Shown here: positions 32,714-41,782 of the stretch, piece by piece
Numbering within the stretch: position 1 is the first letter of the stretch
How the letters are laid out: each line of letters starts with the position of its first letter
DNA from: an uncultured delta proteobacterium
Lineage (GTDB): Bacteria; Myxococcota; Kuafuiibacteriia; Kuafuiibacteriales; Kuafuiibacteriaceae
Assembly: GCA_963803435.1 (NCBI GenBank)
Contig: CAWDML010000009.1
Coordinates: 1,248,001 to 1,312,000, forward strand
DNA length: 64,000 nt
Reading direction: 5' to 3'
Program-made: the position numbers and the translations under genes
Notes under the pieces: model-generated
What the model saw: only the letters and a program-made list of their open reading frames with translations
What the model was told of the DNA's origin: nothing
Database searches by the model: none

Positions 32714-33304
32714 TCACTTCTTGCCCATCGCCTGCTTGAGCGCCTCGATCTCGCGGCGCAGATCCGCGATGGCCGCCTTGTCGGAGCCGTCGTCGTCCTC
32801 GCTGGGCGCGGGCGTGGGGACGGGCGTCGGTACCACCTGCGGCGGCGGCGGCGCGTACGCCTCCTCGGACGGCGGCGGCGGAGACCATCCCGGCCCCTGG
32901 GCGAAGAAGCGTGCGAGCGCATTCGTCGCGGCGAACGGGAGCGTGGCGAACGGGTTCAGCGGCGCGAGCGCCTGCGCCCCACTCTTGGCCGAGATGTACA
33001 TTTCGAGCGCCCAGGAGACGTAGCGGCCCAGGAACTCGGCGAGCGCGTCGTCGTCCATACGGATGAGCTGGTGGAGGAGCCCGATCGGAAGGAGGCGGCC
33101 GGCGCGCCCGCTCTCCAGGATCACCTGCGTCAACGTCTGCTGCGTCAGATCCTCGTGCGACTTGGCGTCGACAATCCGAACGGTCTTGCCGGTCCGGATC
33201 GTTTGGGCCAGCTCCTCCATCGTGATGTAGCGGCTCTCGGCCGTGTCATAGAGTCGGCGGTTACTGTATTTCTTCACCAGCACGTCTCTGCCCGGCTTTT
33301 GCAT
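32714..33304 (-). CDS. phaR: PHA synthesis repressor PhaR
   Basis: VKKYSNRRLYDTAESRYITMEEL, IVDAKSHEDLTQQTLTQVILE and LLHQLIR. Confidence 0.92.
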   Translation of the reverse strand: MQKPGRDVLVKKYSNRRLYDTAESRYITMEELAQTIRTGKTVRIVDAKSHEDLTQQTLTQVILESGRAGRLLPIGLLHQLIRMDDDALAEFLGRYVSWALEMYISAKSGAQALAPLNPFATLPFAATNALARFFAQGPGWSPPPPSEEAYAPPPPQVVPTPVPTPAPSEDDDGSDKAAIADLRREIEALKQAMGKK

Positions 33305-33369
33305 CGCGAAGACGTTAGCACGTGAAAGCGGGCGTGGAAACTCGGAAGTTCGGCGGCGCACAAACCCAC

Positions 33370-33443
33370 TTGACGGTGCAGACGGGCCTCCGCTACGGTG
33401 CCGGGGCTCGGCGATTGTGCGTTGCGAAATCACGCACTGCAGA
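33370..33443 (+). promoter_or_regulatory. Sigma70-like promoter of the phaE-ligase-phaC operon, followed by degenerate PhaR-type boxes
   Basis: TTGACG-N18-TACGGT (33370-33399), then TGTGCGTTGCGAA (33416-33428) and CGCACTGCA. Confidence 0.5.
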
Positions 33444-33455
33444 GCGGGAGGTCCC

Positions 33456-33740
33456 GTGATCGGATTTGACGCCTTCAAGCAGAGCTTCGATGTCTGGGAG
33501 AAGTCGACCGCCACGTTCTTCGAGACGTGGCTGAAGAGCCCGGTGGTCCTCGAGCCGGCAGGCATGGCGCTCACCGCGATGATGAAGACGAAGGCGGCCA
33601 GCGATCGGATGATGGCCCTGTGGTGGGGGAGCCTCGGACTTCCGACCAAGCGCAATCAGGAGCGCGCGCTCCATGCGCTCAACGAGCTGGAGAGCCGGTT
33701 GATGGATCTGGAGGAGAAGCTGGAGGAGCAACAGCCGTGA
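33456..33740 (+). CDS. Miniature PhaE-like protein (94 aa)
   Basis: GGGAGG Shine-Dalgarno plus GTG. SLGLPTKRNQERALHALNELESRLMDLEEKLE resembles the conserved PhaE C-terminal box and coiled coil. Confidence 0.65.
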   Translation: MIGFDAFKQSFDVWEKSTATFFETWLKSPVVLEPAGMALTAMMKTKAASDRMMALWWGSLGLPTKRNQERALHALNELESRLMDLEEKLEEQQP

Positions 33741-35342
33741 AGGCGCCGCGCGAGGTTGCACCGGGACCGATCGCGCTGTTCGAGATCGCCCGCCGTGAGC
33801 CGGACCGTGTCCGCTTCCAGGTCCGCACGCCCTCCGGCTGGGACCCGATCACCTGGCGCAGGCACGCCGCCGCCATCGAGTCGGCCGCCTCGTTCCTCTT
33901 GGACGCCGGCCTGGCGCCGAACGACCGCTGCGCGATCTTCTCCCCCAATCGCATCGAGTGGCTCGAGGCCGCGTTCGCGATCCAGGCGGCCCGCGGCCTG
34001 CTCGTCCCCATCTATCCCAGCTCCACGGCCGAGCAGGCCCGCTATGTGATCGAGCACGCCGAGGTGCGCTTTCTCTTCGTCGACGGCGTCACCCAGATCG
34101 AGCGGGCCCTCGAGGCCGCCGCCGGCCTCGCGCACGTGGAGGCCATCATCCTTCTCGGAGACGATCTCGAAGCGCGACGGTTGATCCCTTGGACCGAGGT
34201 GCTCGAGCGGGGCCGCGCGGCGCTCGACGCCGACCCGGCCCGGGTCGAGGACAGCCTAAAGCAGATCCAGCGGAGCGATCCGGCGCTGCTCCTGTACACC
34301 AGCGGCACGACCGGACGTCCCAAGGGCGTGCCGCTCACCCACGACAACCTCGATCGGCAACACCGAGCGACTGGCTCGAGGCGATCGCCAGCGGTATCCC
34401 GGAGCAGGGGGTCGATCTGCTGTGGCTGCCGATGAGCCACATCTTCGGCTTCGGCGAGGTCGTGCCTCGGCAACCTGCTCGGCTTCACCAGCTCCTGGTC
34501 CCGCCGGACGCCGTGCTCGCGAGCTGCCCGAGGTCGCGGCCGACCGTGTTCATGAGCGTGCCCTCCTACTGGCAGAAGATCGCCGCAAGCGTGCTCGCCG
34601 CCCGAGCGCGCTGCGCTCGACGCGGTCACCGGCGGGCGGCTGCAATTCTGCCTCAGCGGACGGCGCCGGGCTGGATATCGCCGTGAAGGAGCTGTTCCTC
34701 GATCATGGCGTCGTGATCGTCGAGGGCTATGGCCTGACCGAGACCTCGCCGACCCTGACGATCAACCGCCCCATGACTATCGATTCGACACCGTGGGCCG
34801 GCCGCTCCGCCGCGTCGAGCTGAGGCTCGCCGACGACGGGGAGATCCGGGCGAAGGGGCCGAACGTCTTCTCGGGTTACTTTCGCGATCCGGAGGCGACC
34901 CGCGGAGGCGTTCACCGCCGACGGCTGGTTCAAGACCGGCGACGTGGGTCGGGTGACAGAGGACGGGTTCCTCCAGATCGTCGATCGGAAGAAGGACATC
35001 CTGGTGACCGCGGGAGGCAAGAACATCCCCCCGGCCAACATCGAGCTGAGGTTCAACGACGATCCCGTGATCGATCATCTGATCGTGTACGGCGACGGCA
35101 AGAGTTACCTGGTGGCGGGCGTCTGGGTGAACCGCACGCTGGCCGGGGACGTCAGCGCGGACATCGAGCGGCGGATCGCGTCGGTGAACGGGACGCTCGC
35201 CAGCTTCGAGACGATCAAGCGGTTCGCGATCATGGACGAGCCGCTCACGGTCGAAGGCGGGCTGCTCACCGCCACGCTCAAGCCGAAGCGCCGCCAGATC
35301 TACGAGCGCTTCCGCCACCGATTCGAGGAGCTCTACGCGTGA
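33737..35342 (+). CDS. AMP-dependent long-chain acyl-CoA ligase (several frameshifts at 34350-34910)
   Basis: [57 protein letters not shown] and [10 protein letters not shown]. Confidence 0.88.
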
Positions 35343-36391
35343 GTCGGGTGAGAGACCTGCTCCTGGGCCTCGCGGGCGGAAGACCGGCGGTCGGTACCAC
35401 GCCGCACGACGCCGTCTTTGGCGAGAACAAGTGGAGGCTCCTCCGCTACCGGGCGGCGGGCCAGGGCGAGCGGCGTCCCACGCCGGTGCTGATCGTCCCA
35501 TCCTTGATCAATCGCCACTACGTCCTCGATCTCCTCCCGGGGCGCAGCCTGATCGAGTTCCTGGTGGAGCAGGGCCACGACCTCTTCGTGATCGACTGGG
35601 GTACACCGGGCGACGAGGATCGCTTCCTCACGTTCGACACGATCTGCGATCGCTACCTCGGCCGGGCGATCAAGCGGGCGGCGCGGATCGCGGGGAGCGA
35701 GCGCGTCCACCTGCTCGGCTACTGCCTCGGCGGCACGCTGACCTCGATCCACGCCGCGCTCCACCCCGAGCGCATCGCCTCCATGGTGGCGCTGGCAGCG
35801 CCGATCCGCTTCCGCGACTCGGGGCTGCTGTCGGTCTGGACCCGGACGAAAGCCTTCGACGTGGGCGCCGTGATCGATGCGTTCGGCAACGTGCCGTGGC
35901 CGCTGATGCAAGCCAGCTTCCATCTCTTGAAGCCGACGCTCGGGCTCCAGAAGGCGATCCAGCTGCTCGATCGGGCGGAGGACGACGATTTCCTCGAGGG
36001 CTTCCTCGCCGTCGAGACCTGGAGCAACGACAACGTCTCGTTCCCCGGCGAGGCGTACCGGAAGTACATCGAGGCTCTCTATCAACGCGACGAGCTGGTG
36101 AACGGCGAGCTGTACATCTCGGGCCGCCGCGTCGAGCTGGCCGCCATCGGTTGTCCCACGCTGGCCGTCACCTTCGAGCACGACCACATCGTCCCGAAGG
36201 AGAGCGCGCAGGTGCTGCTGGAGAGGATCGGGACCGACGTCCGGAAACTGCTCCACCTGAACGGCGGTCATGTCGGAGCGGTCGTCTCCCGGCGCGCCCG
36301 CACCGGCCTCTGGGCGGCCCTGAGCGACTGGTTCATTTTGCACGGCAAAACCTCCGCCCATCCCCGCCTGCAGATCATCGATCGCGGCTAG
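35339..36391 (+). CDS. phaC: Class III-like PHA synthase PhaC (copy 2)
   Basis: [43 protein letters not shown] and GGHVG; the GTG overlaps the ligase stop. Confidence 0.88.
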   Translation: MSRVRDLLLGLAGGRPAVGTTPHDAVFGENKWRLLRYRAAGQGERRPTPVLIVPSLINRHYVLDLLPGRSLIEFLVEQGHDLFVIDWGTPGDEDRFLTFDTICDRYLGRAIKRAARIAGSERVHLLGYCLGGTLTSIHAALHPERIASMVALAAPIRFRDSGLLSVWTRTKAFDVGAVIDAFGNVPWPLMQASFHLLKPTLGLQKAIQLLDRAEDDDFLEGFLAVETWSNDNVSFPGEAYRKYIEALYQRDELVNGELYISGRRVELAAIGCPTLAVTFEHDHIVPKESAQVLLERIGTDVRKLLHLNGGHVGAVVSRRARTGLWAALSDWFILHGKTSAHPRLQIIDRG

Positions 36392-36409
36392 TATCGGCCG
36401 GTCGTCGTA

Positions 36410-36463
36410 TGTGCAGTGCACAAAAACGATCCTAATGTCCCATCGTCATGTTGCTGTGCACCA
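36410..36463. promoter_or_regulatory. Two putative PhaR operators upstream of the depolymerase operon
   Basis: Perfect palindrome TGTGCA-G-TGCACA (36410-36422) and TGTTGCTGTGCACCA (36449-36463). Confidence 0.65.
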
Positions 36464-36535
36464 TCCATCCGCTCCGACCCCCAACCGATGCCGACCGGTG
36501 CCGCAATTTCTAACCTCGGCGCGGAGCACAGAACG

Positions 36536-38503
36536 ATGAGAGCGCAACTCCCCTGGGTCCTCGCCTTTGCGCTGGCCGGCTGCGCGCCCGCCGAGATTCC
36601 CGTCGACAGCACCTCCGAGGGCCTCCTCACCGAGGTGCAGAGCTTCGGCAGCAACCCCGGCGGCCTCAAGATGTACAAGTACGTCCCGGCCGGCGTCCCC
36701 GCGGATGCACCGGTCCTGTTCGCCCTTCACGCGTGTAGTCAGACCGCCAGCGCCTACGAAGGAGCGGGCTGGAACGCCCTCGCCGATGAGCTCAAGTTCT
36801 ACGTCGTCTATCCCGAGCAGCAGTCCGCGAACAACCCGGCGCTCTGCTTCAACTGGGCCGGCGAGTACGGCGACCCCACGAACCTGATGCGCGGCGAGGG
36901 AGAGAACGAGTCGATCCACCAGATGCTGGACAAGATGCGGCAGGACTACTCGATCGATCCGTCCCGCGTGTACATGTCTGGGTTCTCGGGCGGCGGCGCC
37001 CAGGTGGCGCTGATGCTGGCCACCTGGCCGGACCTCTTCGCCGGCGGCGCGATCCTGGCCGGCATCCCGTACGACTGCACCACGACGTTCACCGAGGTCT
37101 CCACCTGCCTGAACCCGGGCATCGATCGATCGCCGATGGACTGGGGAGATCGGGTCCGCAACGCGTTCAGCTACTCGGGCTCCTATCCGATCATCTCGCT
37201 CTGGCAGGGCACCGCCGACACCACCGTGAAGCCGACGAACCAGATGGAGCTGCTCGATCAATGGACGAACGTCCACGGGATCGACGAGACCCCCGACGTG
37301 ATGGACACCGTCGACGGCCACCCCCACGAGGCCTACCAGAACGCGGCCGGCGACACGCTCATCGAGGTCTACCACCTCACCGGGATGGGTCACGGGACGC
37401 CCGTGCTGCCCAGCGCGGGCTGCGGTCAGACGGGCGCGTACTTCCTGGACGTCGGGATCTGCTCTTCTCGGCACATCGCCGAGTTCTTCGGCCTGGACGG
37501 CTCCGTCACCCCGGTCGATCGCACGCCGCCCCAGGTGATGATCACCGCGCCGGCGGACGGCGGCACGGTCATGGGCAACGTCTCCATCCAGGCGACCGCC
37601 AGCGACGACGTCGGCGTCTCGCAGGTCACCATCGCCATCAACGGCACCGTCGACGCCACCCTGACGGCGGCGCCCTACAGCTACGCCTGGGACGCCAGCA
37701 CCGCCGCCAACGGCTCGTACCTGATCCGCGCCACCGCCACCGACGCCGCCGGCAACGCGTCGCACGCCGACATCACGGTCACCGTGATGGGCGGCATCGA
37801 CGACACCACGCCGCCCTCGGTGAACGTGACGGCGCCCGCGAACGGCGCGATGGTCTCGGGGACCGTCGACGTCGCGGTGGATGCGAGCGACGACTTCGGC
37901 GTCCAGCGCGTGACGGTCCTGGTCGACGGCACCTCGATCGGCGAGGCCACCGCGCCGCCCTATCACGTCTCGTTCAACACCGGCTCGGTCTCGCCCGGCG
38001 CGCACGCGATCAGCGCGACGGCCGTCGACGCAGCCGGGAACACGGCCACCGACGCCGACACCACCGTGATGGTCACCGCCGGCGACACCACGCCGCCCAC
38101 CGTCTCGATCATCTCGCCCACCGACGGCGCCGTGCTCTCGGGTGTGGTCAACATCTCGGTGGCCTCCAGCGACGACACGCACATCAACAGCGTCCTCATG
38201 TTCCTCGACGGCGAGCTGATCGGGACCGACTACCGGGGTCCGAGCTATGAGTTCCTCTGGGACACCGCCCAGTCTCCCGAGGGCCCGCACGAGCTGGCCG
38301 CGCGTGCCTTCGACGACGCAGGCAACATGGCGAACGACTCGATCTCGATCTCGGTGATGCAGGACGGCCAGGATCCGGATGCGCCGGGCGGAAAGCGCGT
38401 GCTGGCCGGGAAGCGGTTCTGGGGCTGCGCGACGACGCCGGCGGAGCCCGGTGGCCTGCTGATCCTGCTCGGGGTCCTCTTCTTCTTCCGACGTCGGAGG
38501 TAG
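36536..38503 (+). CDS. Extracellular PHB depolymerase-family esterase with three Ig-like domains, N-terminal lipobox and MYXO-CTERM-like tail
   Basis: LAGC lipobox; SFGSNPGGLKMYKYVP, LHACSQ, VVYPEQ, CFNW, GFSGG, WQGTADTTV and GMGH; three DxTPPxV...ASDD...DAAGN repeats; GCATT, hydrophobic stretch, RRRR. Confidence 0.88.
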   Translation: MRAQLPWVLAFALAGCAPAEIPVDSTSEGLLTEVQSFGSNPGGLKMYKYVPAGVPADAPVLFALHACSQTASAYEGAGWNALADELKFYVVYPEQQSANNPALCFNWAGEYGDPTNLMRGEGENESIHQMLDKMRQDYSIDPSRVYMSGFSGGGAQVALMLATWPDLFAGGAILAGIPYDCTTTFTEVSTCLNPGIDRSPMDWGDRVRNAFSYSGSYPIISLWQGTADTTVKPTNQMELLDQWTNVHGIDETPDVMDTVDGHPHEAYQNAAGDTLIEVYHLTGMGHGTPVLPSAGCGQTGAYFLDVGICSSRHIAEFFGLDGSVTPVDRTPPQVMITAPADGGTVMGNVSIQATASDDVGVSQVTIAINGTVDATLTAAPYSYAWDASTAANGSYLIRATATDAAGNASHADITVTVMGGIDDTTPPSVNVTAPANGAMVSGTVDVAVDASDDFGVQRVTVLVDGTSIGEATAPPYHVSFNTGSVSPGAHAISATAVDAAGNTATDADTTVMVTAGDTTPPTVSIISPTDGAVLSGVVNISVASSDDTHINSVLMFLDGELIGTDYRGPSYEFLWDTAQSPEGPHELAARAFDDAGNMANDSISISVMQDGQDPDAPGGKRVLAGKRFWGCATTPAEPGGLLILLGVLFFFRRRR

Positions 38504-38507
38504 CTCG

Positions 38508-39095
38508 ATGAAAACGTACGCGTGTTTGCTCTCGATTCTCCTCTTCGCCGCCTGCGGCGACCCGATCTACCAGGATCAGCAGATGCAGGGGGACGGGCTG
38601 ACCACCCCCAGCCGCATCTCCTCCTTCCTCGACGGCAAGGCGCTGGTGATGGAGGGCTCGATGATCCCCAGCCACCCGAACGGCTACGATCAGGACGTCG
38701 ACTTCGGCGCCGCCACCCAGTGCTACATGAAGGTCACCATGGCGCCGCTGGGCGGAAAAATCCGGGTCACCTCCGAGCTGGGCACGCTGACCGAGTCCGG
38801 CTGCGATCGGATGCGGCTCTCGGGTGAGGCCAGCTTCGACTCGACCGCCGTGCTCATCGAGAACGTCGGCGGCGACGCCGAGTGCTTCGACTTCACCATC
38901 ACCTATCCGGGCTTCGGCCAGGAGGGCCGCGGCACGATCAACGCCGAGCGCACCGAGCTCGACCTGGAGCTCTTCTTCAAGGATCAGGCGACTGGACATC
39001 GCTGCGCCGACGGTGCCGTCGGGGCGCCGACGGTGACGCTCAACCAGCAGCTGTTCACCGGCGACGCCCTCCAGCGCTACCGCATCGGAGGCTGA
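38508..39095 (+). CDS. Hypothetical lipoprotein
   Basis: LFAAC lipobox; beta-rich with four further Cys; GGAGG upstream. Confidence 0.75.
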   Translation: MKTYACLLSILLFAACGDPIYQDQQMQGDGLTTPSRISSFLDGKALVMEGSMIPSHPNGYDQDVDFGAATQCYMKVTMAPLGGKIRVTSELGTLTESGCDRMRLSGEASFDSTAVLIENVGGDAECFDFTITYPGFGQEGRGTINAERTELDLELFFKDQATGHRCADGAVGAPTVTLNQQLFTGDALQRYRIGG

Positions 39096-39096
39096 A

Positions 39097-40725
39097 GTGA
39101 AGAACCTCCTGCTTCTGATCCCGCTCCTCCTGCTCTCGAGGACCGCTCGGGCCGACGCGCCGCCGGCCGGTCCCGGGCCGCTCTTTCTCGAGTGGCAGGA
39201 GCGGGCGTTGCGCGAGAACGATCCGGAGCCGAAGGAGTTCAGCCTCATCAACTACTTCTTCACGCGCGGCACGGTCACCAACCAGCTCGCCGATCCCTCG
39301 GGCCTGCGCGGCGTGTCGCTGGGCCCGATCGGCGTCGGCGAGGGCGTCGGCAGCGCTACGGCCGTCGGCGCGGACACCACCGCCTATTACATCGAGCAGC
39401 GCTGGATCCCGGTGATCGCGTACAGTCCGAACTTCGTGGACGGCCTCGCCACCTTCCGCGCACAGTTCGAGATCGACTTCATGTGGGGTCAGGCCGCGAA
39501 CCAGATCCAGAACAACCAGGGCGGCGGCTTCAATGCGGATCAGGTCAACATCCAGACCAAGAACGTGAACGTCGCCATCTATCCCACCAAGAACCCGCGC
39601 CAGCTCTCGCTCTTGATTGGGACCCAGCCGGTCTACGACACGATCTACGACCCGACGATCACCTCGCTGTTCGACATCGTCCGCACCGGATACAAGCTCT
39701 CGTTCATCGGCTCCGACGCCACCGGCATCAGCGCCTACTCGTCGCTGGGCGGACTGTGGAAGGCCTCTTTTCTCCCGCTCGGAGTGGCCCAGCCGCGGAA
39801 GGCGACCGAGGACGATCCGAGCCTTGCCTTCGTCTACATGCTGACCGCCGACTACGCGTATCCGATCCAGCCCGGGACGGTGGTGGGCCTCAGCTTCTGG
39901 CACCTCCAGGACGACACCCGCGGCGCCGCCTTCGCGTTCGAGGGGCTGGTGAAGAGCGGGCCGGCCTCGAGCGGGCTGTCGTCCTACACCGGTACCGGCA
40001 AGCTCAACGTGGAGGCGGCCGACGGGCGGGTCGAGTACATCGGCGCCCACTTCCACCACAACATCAACTTCCGCACCTCCGACTTCGCGGCCTCTGGCTT
40101 CGTCATGGTCAACGAGGGGCGCTACACCACCACCAAGGCGGACAGCCAGGCGCAGCCCTCGGTGCACATCCTCGGCGCCGCCGCCAACCTCGAGCTCGTC
40201 TACAACTGGGGCCGGAGCCAGAACGATCTCATCTCGATCGAGGGCATGTTCACCACCGGCGACAGCGATCCCAACGACGACCGCTACACCAGCGCCTTCA
40301 CGCTCAACCAGTACGGGCTCCCCGGCGCCGTCTGGTTCAACCACAAGACGCTGATCCTGTTTCCGTTCACCAGCACCGTCAGCAACTACACCGGCGCGAT
40401 CGTCGACATCTCGAACCAGGGCTACGGCGTGCTGGCCGCGATCCTCGCCGCCAAGTACGACCTGATCCGCGATACGCTGAACCTGAAGTTGGGCGCAGCG
40501 TACGCCCAGAGCACCGTCAGGCCGCCGCCGACCGCTCTAGGCATCCAGCGCGGACACACGGTCGGCGCGGAGGTCAACGCTGAGCTCACATATCAGATCC
40601 GGTACCTGATGACGGTGGGCCTGCACGGCGCCTACCTGTTCGCGGGCAGCTTCTTCGACGGCAACCCGCAGGTGACGAGCAACCCGTACGCCGTCTACAC
40701 CACCTTTACCTGGTACGCGTTCTAG
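39097..40725 (+). CDS. Putative outer-membrane beta-barrel (porin-like) protein
   Basis: Signal peptide, amphipathic aromatic strands (FRAQFEIDFMWG, LELVYNWG, AEVNAELTYQI) and a C-terminal Phe strand YTTFTWYAF. Confidence 0.7.
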   Translation: MKNLLLLIPLLLLSRTARADAPPAGPGPLFLEWQERALRENDPEPKEFSLINYFFTRGTVTNQLADPSGLRGVSLGPIGVGEGVGSATAVGADTTAYYIEQRWIPVIAYSPNFVDGLATFRAQFEIDFMWGQAANQIQNNQGGGFNADQVNIQTKNVNVAIYPTKNPRQLSLLIGTQPVYDTIYDPTITSLFDIVRTGYKLSFIGSDATGISAYSSLGGLWKASFLPLGVAQPRKATEDDPSLAFVYMLTADYAYPIQPGTVVGLSFWHLQDDTRGAAFAFEGLVKSGPASSGLSSYTGTGKLNVEAADGRVEYIGAHFHHNINFRTSDFAASGFVMVNEGRYTTTKADSQAQPSVHILGAAANLELVYNWGRSQNDLISIEGMFTTGDSDPNDDRYTSAFTLNQYGLPGAVWFNHKTLILFPFTSTVSNYTGAIVDISNQGYGVLAAILAAKYDLIRDTLNLKLGAAYAQSTVRPPPTALGIQRGHTVGAEVNAELTYQIRYLMTVGLHGAYLFAGSFFDGNPQVTSNPYAVYTTFTWYAF

Positions 40726-40727
40726 CC

Positions 40728-41768
40728 ATGAAGTCGTATGCCATGCTCGCCGTCCTGAGCCTCTCGCCCGCCTGCGTCACCTCGTACGCCGGCGAGAAGC
40801 CGATGTCGTTCTCCGAGGTCCCCTACGCGTCGGTCGACGGCAAGGCCTGGAAAGAGGAGCGGCTGCCGCTCCCCGGCGTCGCCAAGCTGTACGGGCTGCC
40901 CGACCCGCCGATGGTCGAGTACGTCGAGCTCAATCCTGACGGGCGGGAGACGATGCTCTTCGTCCACGGCCTCGGCTCGAACCTGAAGTTCTGGCGCTAC
41001 CAGCTCGACACGTTCGCGGGCGAGGGCTACCGCGTGGTGGCGCTGGACATGCTCGGCTACGGCAAGTCTGACAAGCCCGCGACCTTCCCGTACTCGATGG
41101 AGGCGATGGCGGACGTGGTCCACGAGCTCGCGCAGGCCCTCGACATCGAGCGCCCGATCCTCGTAGGGCACTCGATGGGCGGACACATCGCGCTCACGTA
41201 CGCGATCCGCTTCCCGGACGATCTCTCGGCGCTGATCCTGACCTCGCCGGCCGGCTTCGAGGTCTTCAGCCGGCGCGAGAAGGTCTGGTTCCGCGACGCA
41301 TTCTCCAGTGCACTGGTGAAGGGCGCCACTGAGGAGGCGATCTGGGGCAACGTCCGCAGCAACAACTTCGGCCGCTGGCGGCCCGAGTATGAGTGGTTGA
41401 TCGAGGAGCGGGTCCGCGTCGCGAAGACCCCAGAGTTCGATCAGTATGCATACGCCAACGTGAAGTCGGTGCAGGGACTCACGCAGACCGACTTCGTGCG
41501 GCAGAACCTGGACCGCATCAAGGTCCCCACGCTGATCGTCTACGGCACGCGCGATCGCCTCATCCCGAACCCGTTCATGCACGGCGGCGCCACCGGGGAC
41601 GTGATGGCCTACGGGCACGCGCACATCAAGGGGAGCCAGATGATCCCCCTCGCGGGCTGCGGGCACATGGTTCAGATCGACTGCAGCCAGCCGTTCAACG
41701 AGGACGTGCGGGAGTTCCTGCGGAAAGCGAGCGGCAGCACGGAAGCCGTGGCGCGCGACGCCGAGTGA
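40728..41768 (+). CDS. Alpha/beta-hydrolase lipoprotein
   Basis: LSPAC lipobox; FVHGLGS, LDMLGYGKS, GHSMGG, GTRDRLIP and CGHMVQ. Confidence 0.88.
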   Translation: MKSYAMLAVLSLSPACVTSYAGEKPMSFSEVPYASVDGKAWKEERLPLPGVAKLYGLPDPPMVEYVELNPDGRETMLFVHGLGSNLKFWRYQLDTFAGEGYRVVALDMLGYGKSDKPATFPYSMEAMADVVHELAQALDIERPILVGHSMGGHIALTYAIRFPDDLSALILTSPAGFEVFSRREKVWFRDAFSSALVKGATEEAIWGNVRSNNFGRWRPEYEWLIEERVRVAKTPEFDQYAYANVKSVQGLTQTDFVRQNLDRIKVPTLIVYGTRDRLIPNPFMHGGATGDVMAYGHAHIKGSQMIPLAGCGHMVQIDCSQPFNEDVREFLRKASGSTEAVARDAE

Positions 41769-41782
41769 GCTAAGATTCCCGG

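Noticed and set aside
33737-35342. Acyl-CoA ligase as an inactivated gene
   Set aside because: It shows the same local burst of single-base indels as purA, and all catalytic motifs are recoverable. It is treated as intact pending read inspection.
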